Source: a virus
Virus record (IMG/VR): IMGVR_UViG_3300046804_004994
Span: 2,929 to 66,928 of that record
Length of the DNA: 64,000 bases
Reading direction: 5' to 3' (one strand)
The notes beneath the pieces are model-generated. The model ran no database searches. It was given only the letters and a program-made list of their open reading frames with translations, and had not been told where the DNA came from. How positions within the stretch are numbered: the stretch's first letter is position 1; each line of letters begins with the position of its first letter. The translations under genes were made by a program, and so were the position numbers. Below are positions 62,353 to 64,000 of this stretch, in pieces.

Positions 62353-63474
62353 TTATTCAGTTTCCTCTTCTTCATCATAAATATCCTCCTCAATTGGAGT
62401 ATTTGATGATGAATAAGCCCATGCTTCTTGTGCTTTTTCTTCAATTTGTGTTAAAATGCCTTCCCAGAACTTAATATCCTTTGCAAAGTTCTTTGCATAG
62501 CCTAATTTAGTTCCGTTAAATGTATATGTTGAACCAGTTTGGACGATAACGCCTAATGCTACTGCAAGTTCTAATAATCCATAATATTTATCTACACCTG
62601 ATTTAAAGGATAAATAAATATCACCTTCAAGGTATTGTTTAATAAAACGATTTTTAGCTGTAAGTGCGCGGATTAATACACCAACATAATTGCGCTGTAA
62701 AGCAGCGGTCTCTTCTGTCACACCTTTTAGCTCTTGCGCGTTTTCTTTTAACGGTTTACGCATTAATTGAACGCTTACACTAGGCAAATATACAACTTTC
62801 TTACCACCGGGCACATTTTTAATAAGTGTTGGGTGCAATGCAGCAGGATCTTCATAAACATGTGTTGATGCAATTATGGAAGTATTAGTTAATGCAGATA
62901 ATTGCGTTGCAGTTCTAAGCAACGATCCTACCGCTTTTGCTCTAGTTCCCATATCCGCACTAGTAGATTCTTTTTCCATTCGAGCTTGTTCTAATTGAGA
63001 TTCTAAGTTTGCGAGAGAATCAATTGCAACAATAAACTTACCTTGCATGCCACGTTCCTTTACACCTGTTAGAAACTTATATAATTGGTTCCTGCATTCT
63101 TCAATATTAAAGATAGGAACATATTTTACACGAGAAGTATCTAATCCAAGACGAGCAGCACCTTCAGGATCAATAGCATTTTCCGAATCAAAAATTACAG
63201 GAATTAATCCTTGTTTTTGAGCGTTAGCTAAAATCTTTTGAATAAACAATGATTTACCTACCATTGATTCACCGTATAATAATGTGACCCGGCCTTTAGG
63301 TATCCCACCTTCTTTAAATCGACCAGAAATAATACCATTTAAAACGTAACACCCTGTATCGATCCAGCCTTGGACGGTAGATAATGTGGATTTATTTAGA
63401 TAAGTAGCATATGGATTGCCTTCATCTAAGAGAGACAACACATCTACTTCTTCTTTAGAAAGAGTATTGCTCAT
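62353..63474 (-). CDS. uvsX: RecA-like recombinase (UvsX)
   Basis: DTGCYVLNGIISG, GESMVGKS, FDSENA, IDSL, DMGTRAK, KNRF. Confidence 0.93.
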   Translation of the reverse strand: MSNTLSKEEVDVLSLLDEGNPYATYLNKSTLSTVQGWIDTGCYVLNGIISGRFKEGGIPKGRVTLLYGESMVGKSLFIQKILANAQKQGLIPVIFDSENAIDPEGAARLGLDTSRVKYVPIFNIEECRNQLYKFLTGVKERGMQGKFIVAIDSLANLESQLEQARMEKESTSADMGTRAKAVGSLLRTATQLSALTNTSIIASTHVYEDPAALHPTLIKNVPGGKKVVYLPSVSVQLMRKPLKENAQELKGVTEETAALQRNYVGVLIRALTAKNRFIKQYLEGDIYLSFKSGVDKYYGLLELAVALGVIVQTGSTYTFNGTKLGYAKNFAKDIKFWEGILTQIEEKAQEAWAYSSSNTPIEEDIYDEEEETE

Positions 63475-63480
63475 ATAAAA

Positions 63481-63843
63481 TTAATCTTCAAACAAACGGA
63501 TTACAGGGGTTTCAGAACTTGCTGGTGTGATAATTGGGGAAGGATTAAAAATTCTATTATAGTGATCTAATAGAGATTGGTCAACATTCAAATCAATAAT
63601 TTTGGTAATATTTGTTTTGAGATATTCAAAAACTGTTCCATCTTTTCTCGTAGAGACGTCAATAAACTCTTGGAAGAAAAGTGGCATAAGTTGAACTTGC
63701 AACTGATTAGTGACCGTCTGTTGAACAACGATCATCGTTGGATTCTGTACCTTTACGGTATTATCATTTTCCTCTAAAAGAACTCCAAGAATGGTGCGAC
63801 CAATACTATCAACGAATACGATTTTTTTATTTTGCTCTTGCAT
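63481..63843 (-). CDS. Hypothetical Sm-like protein
   Basis: Likely start MQEQNKK at 63843, after the polymerase stop; FVDSIGRTILG...VQNP. Confidence 0.6.
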   Translation of the reverse strand: MQEQNKKIVFVDSIGRTILGVLLEENDNTVKVQNPTMIVVQQTVTNQLQVQLMPLFFQEFIDVSTRKDGTVFEYLKTNITKIIDLNVDQSLLDHYNRIFNPSPIITPASSETPVIRLFED

Positions 63844-63874
63844 ACTTATTATTTTATAGTCTATCAATCCGATT

Positions 63875-64000
63875 TCAACCAAAAATATCAAATAAATCGC
63901 AACATGTTTGTTCTGTTGGTCTACGAGCTTGCCAATCCATTGCACTGTAATATCTTTCAATCACTGCATGTAAGATTTTTTCATACATAATGTCCATGTC
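63875..64000 (-). CDS. gp43: C-terminal end of family B DNA polymerase (gp43-like), partial
   Basis: Reads DMDIMYEKILHAVIERYYSAMDW...DLFDIFG*, like the gp43 C-terminal clamp-binding tail; located upstream of uvsX. Confidence 0.65.
   Translation of the reverse strand, partial: DMDIMYEKILHAVIERYYSAMDWQARRPTEQTCCDLFDIFG

Noticed and set aside
63844-63960. Long N-terminal extension of ORF 63481-63960
   Set aside because: It overlaps the gp43 C-terminus in another frame; ATG 63843 is the better start.

Overview
A 64-kb AT-rich segment of a large T4-like (myovirus/jumbo-type) phage genome, read in the standard genetic code with most genes on the minus strand. 1-30 kb holds tail fibre, baseplate and tail-tube genes (gp6, gp25, gp53, gp26-, gp27-, gp48-like, tape measure, gp19) interrupted by the clamp loader and dUTPase. 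30-48 kb holds a class II ribonucleotide reductase, a phosphoribosyltransferase, tail sheath, a cluster of enzymes with capsid-targeting-like N-termini, the large terminase, a neck protein and accessory structural genes. 48-64 kb is the replication module (primase, clamp, gp32, DHH phosphoesterase, gp41, UvsX, 3' end of gp43), with a glycosyltransferase, an Ntn-amidotransferase and a QueC variant embedded in it. Main highlights: (1) the large terminase is broken into two genes joined by an atypically split intein whose C-half is fused to an endonuclease; (2) an orphan TnpB-omegaRNA-like structured RNA lies between two tail-tube genes, and its predicted guide matches the start codon region of the neighbouring gene next to its late promoter; (3) a run of three different nucleotidyltransferase-fold enzymes plus a nuclease all carry T4 internal-protein-like leaders; (4) a QueC lacking most zinc ligands sits with a GATase and a glycosyltransferase; (5) TAAATA late promoters sit only about 5-12 nt before start codons. 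All calls come from motif recognition by eye; no database searches were run.
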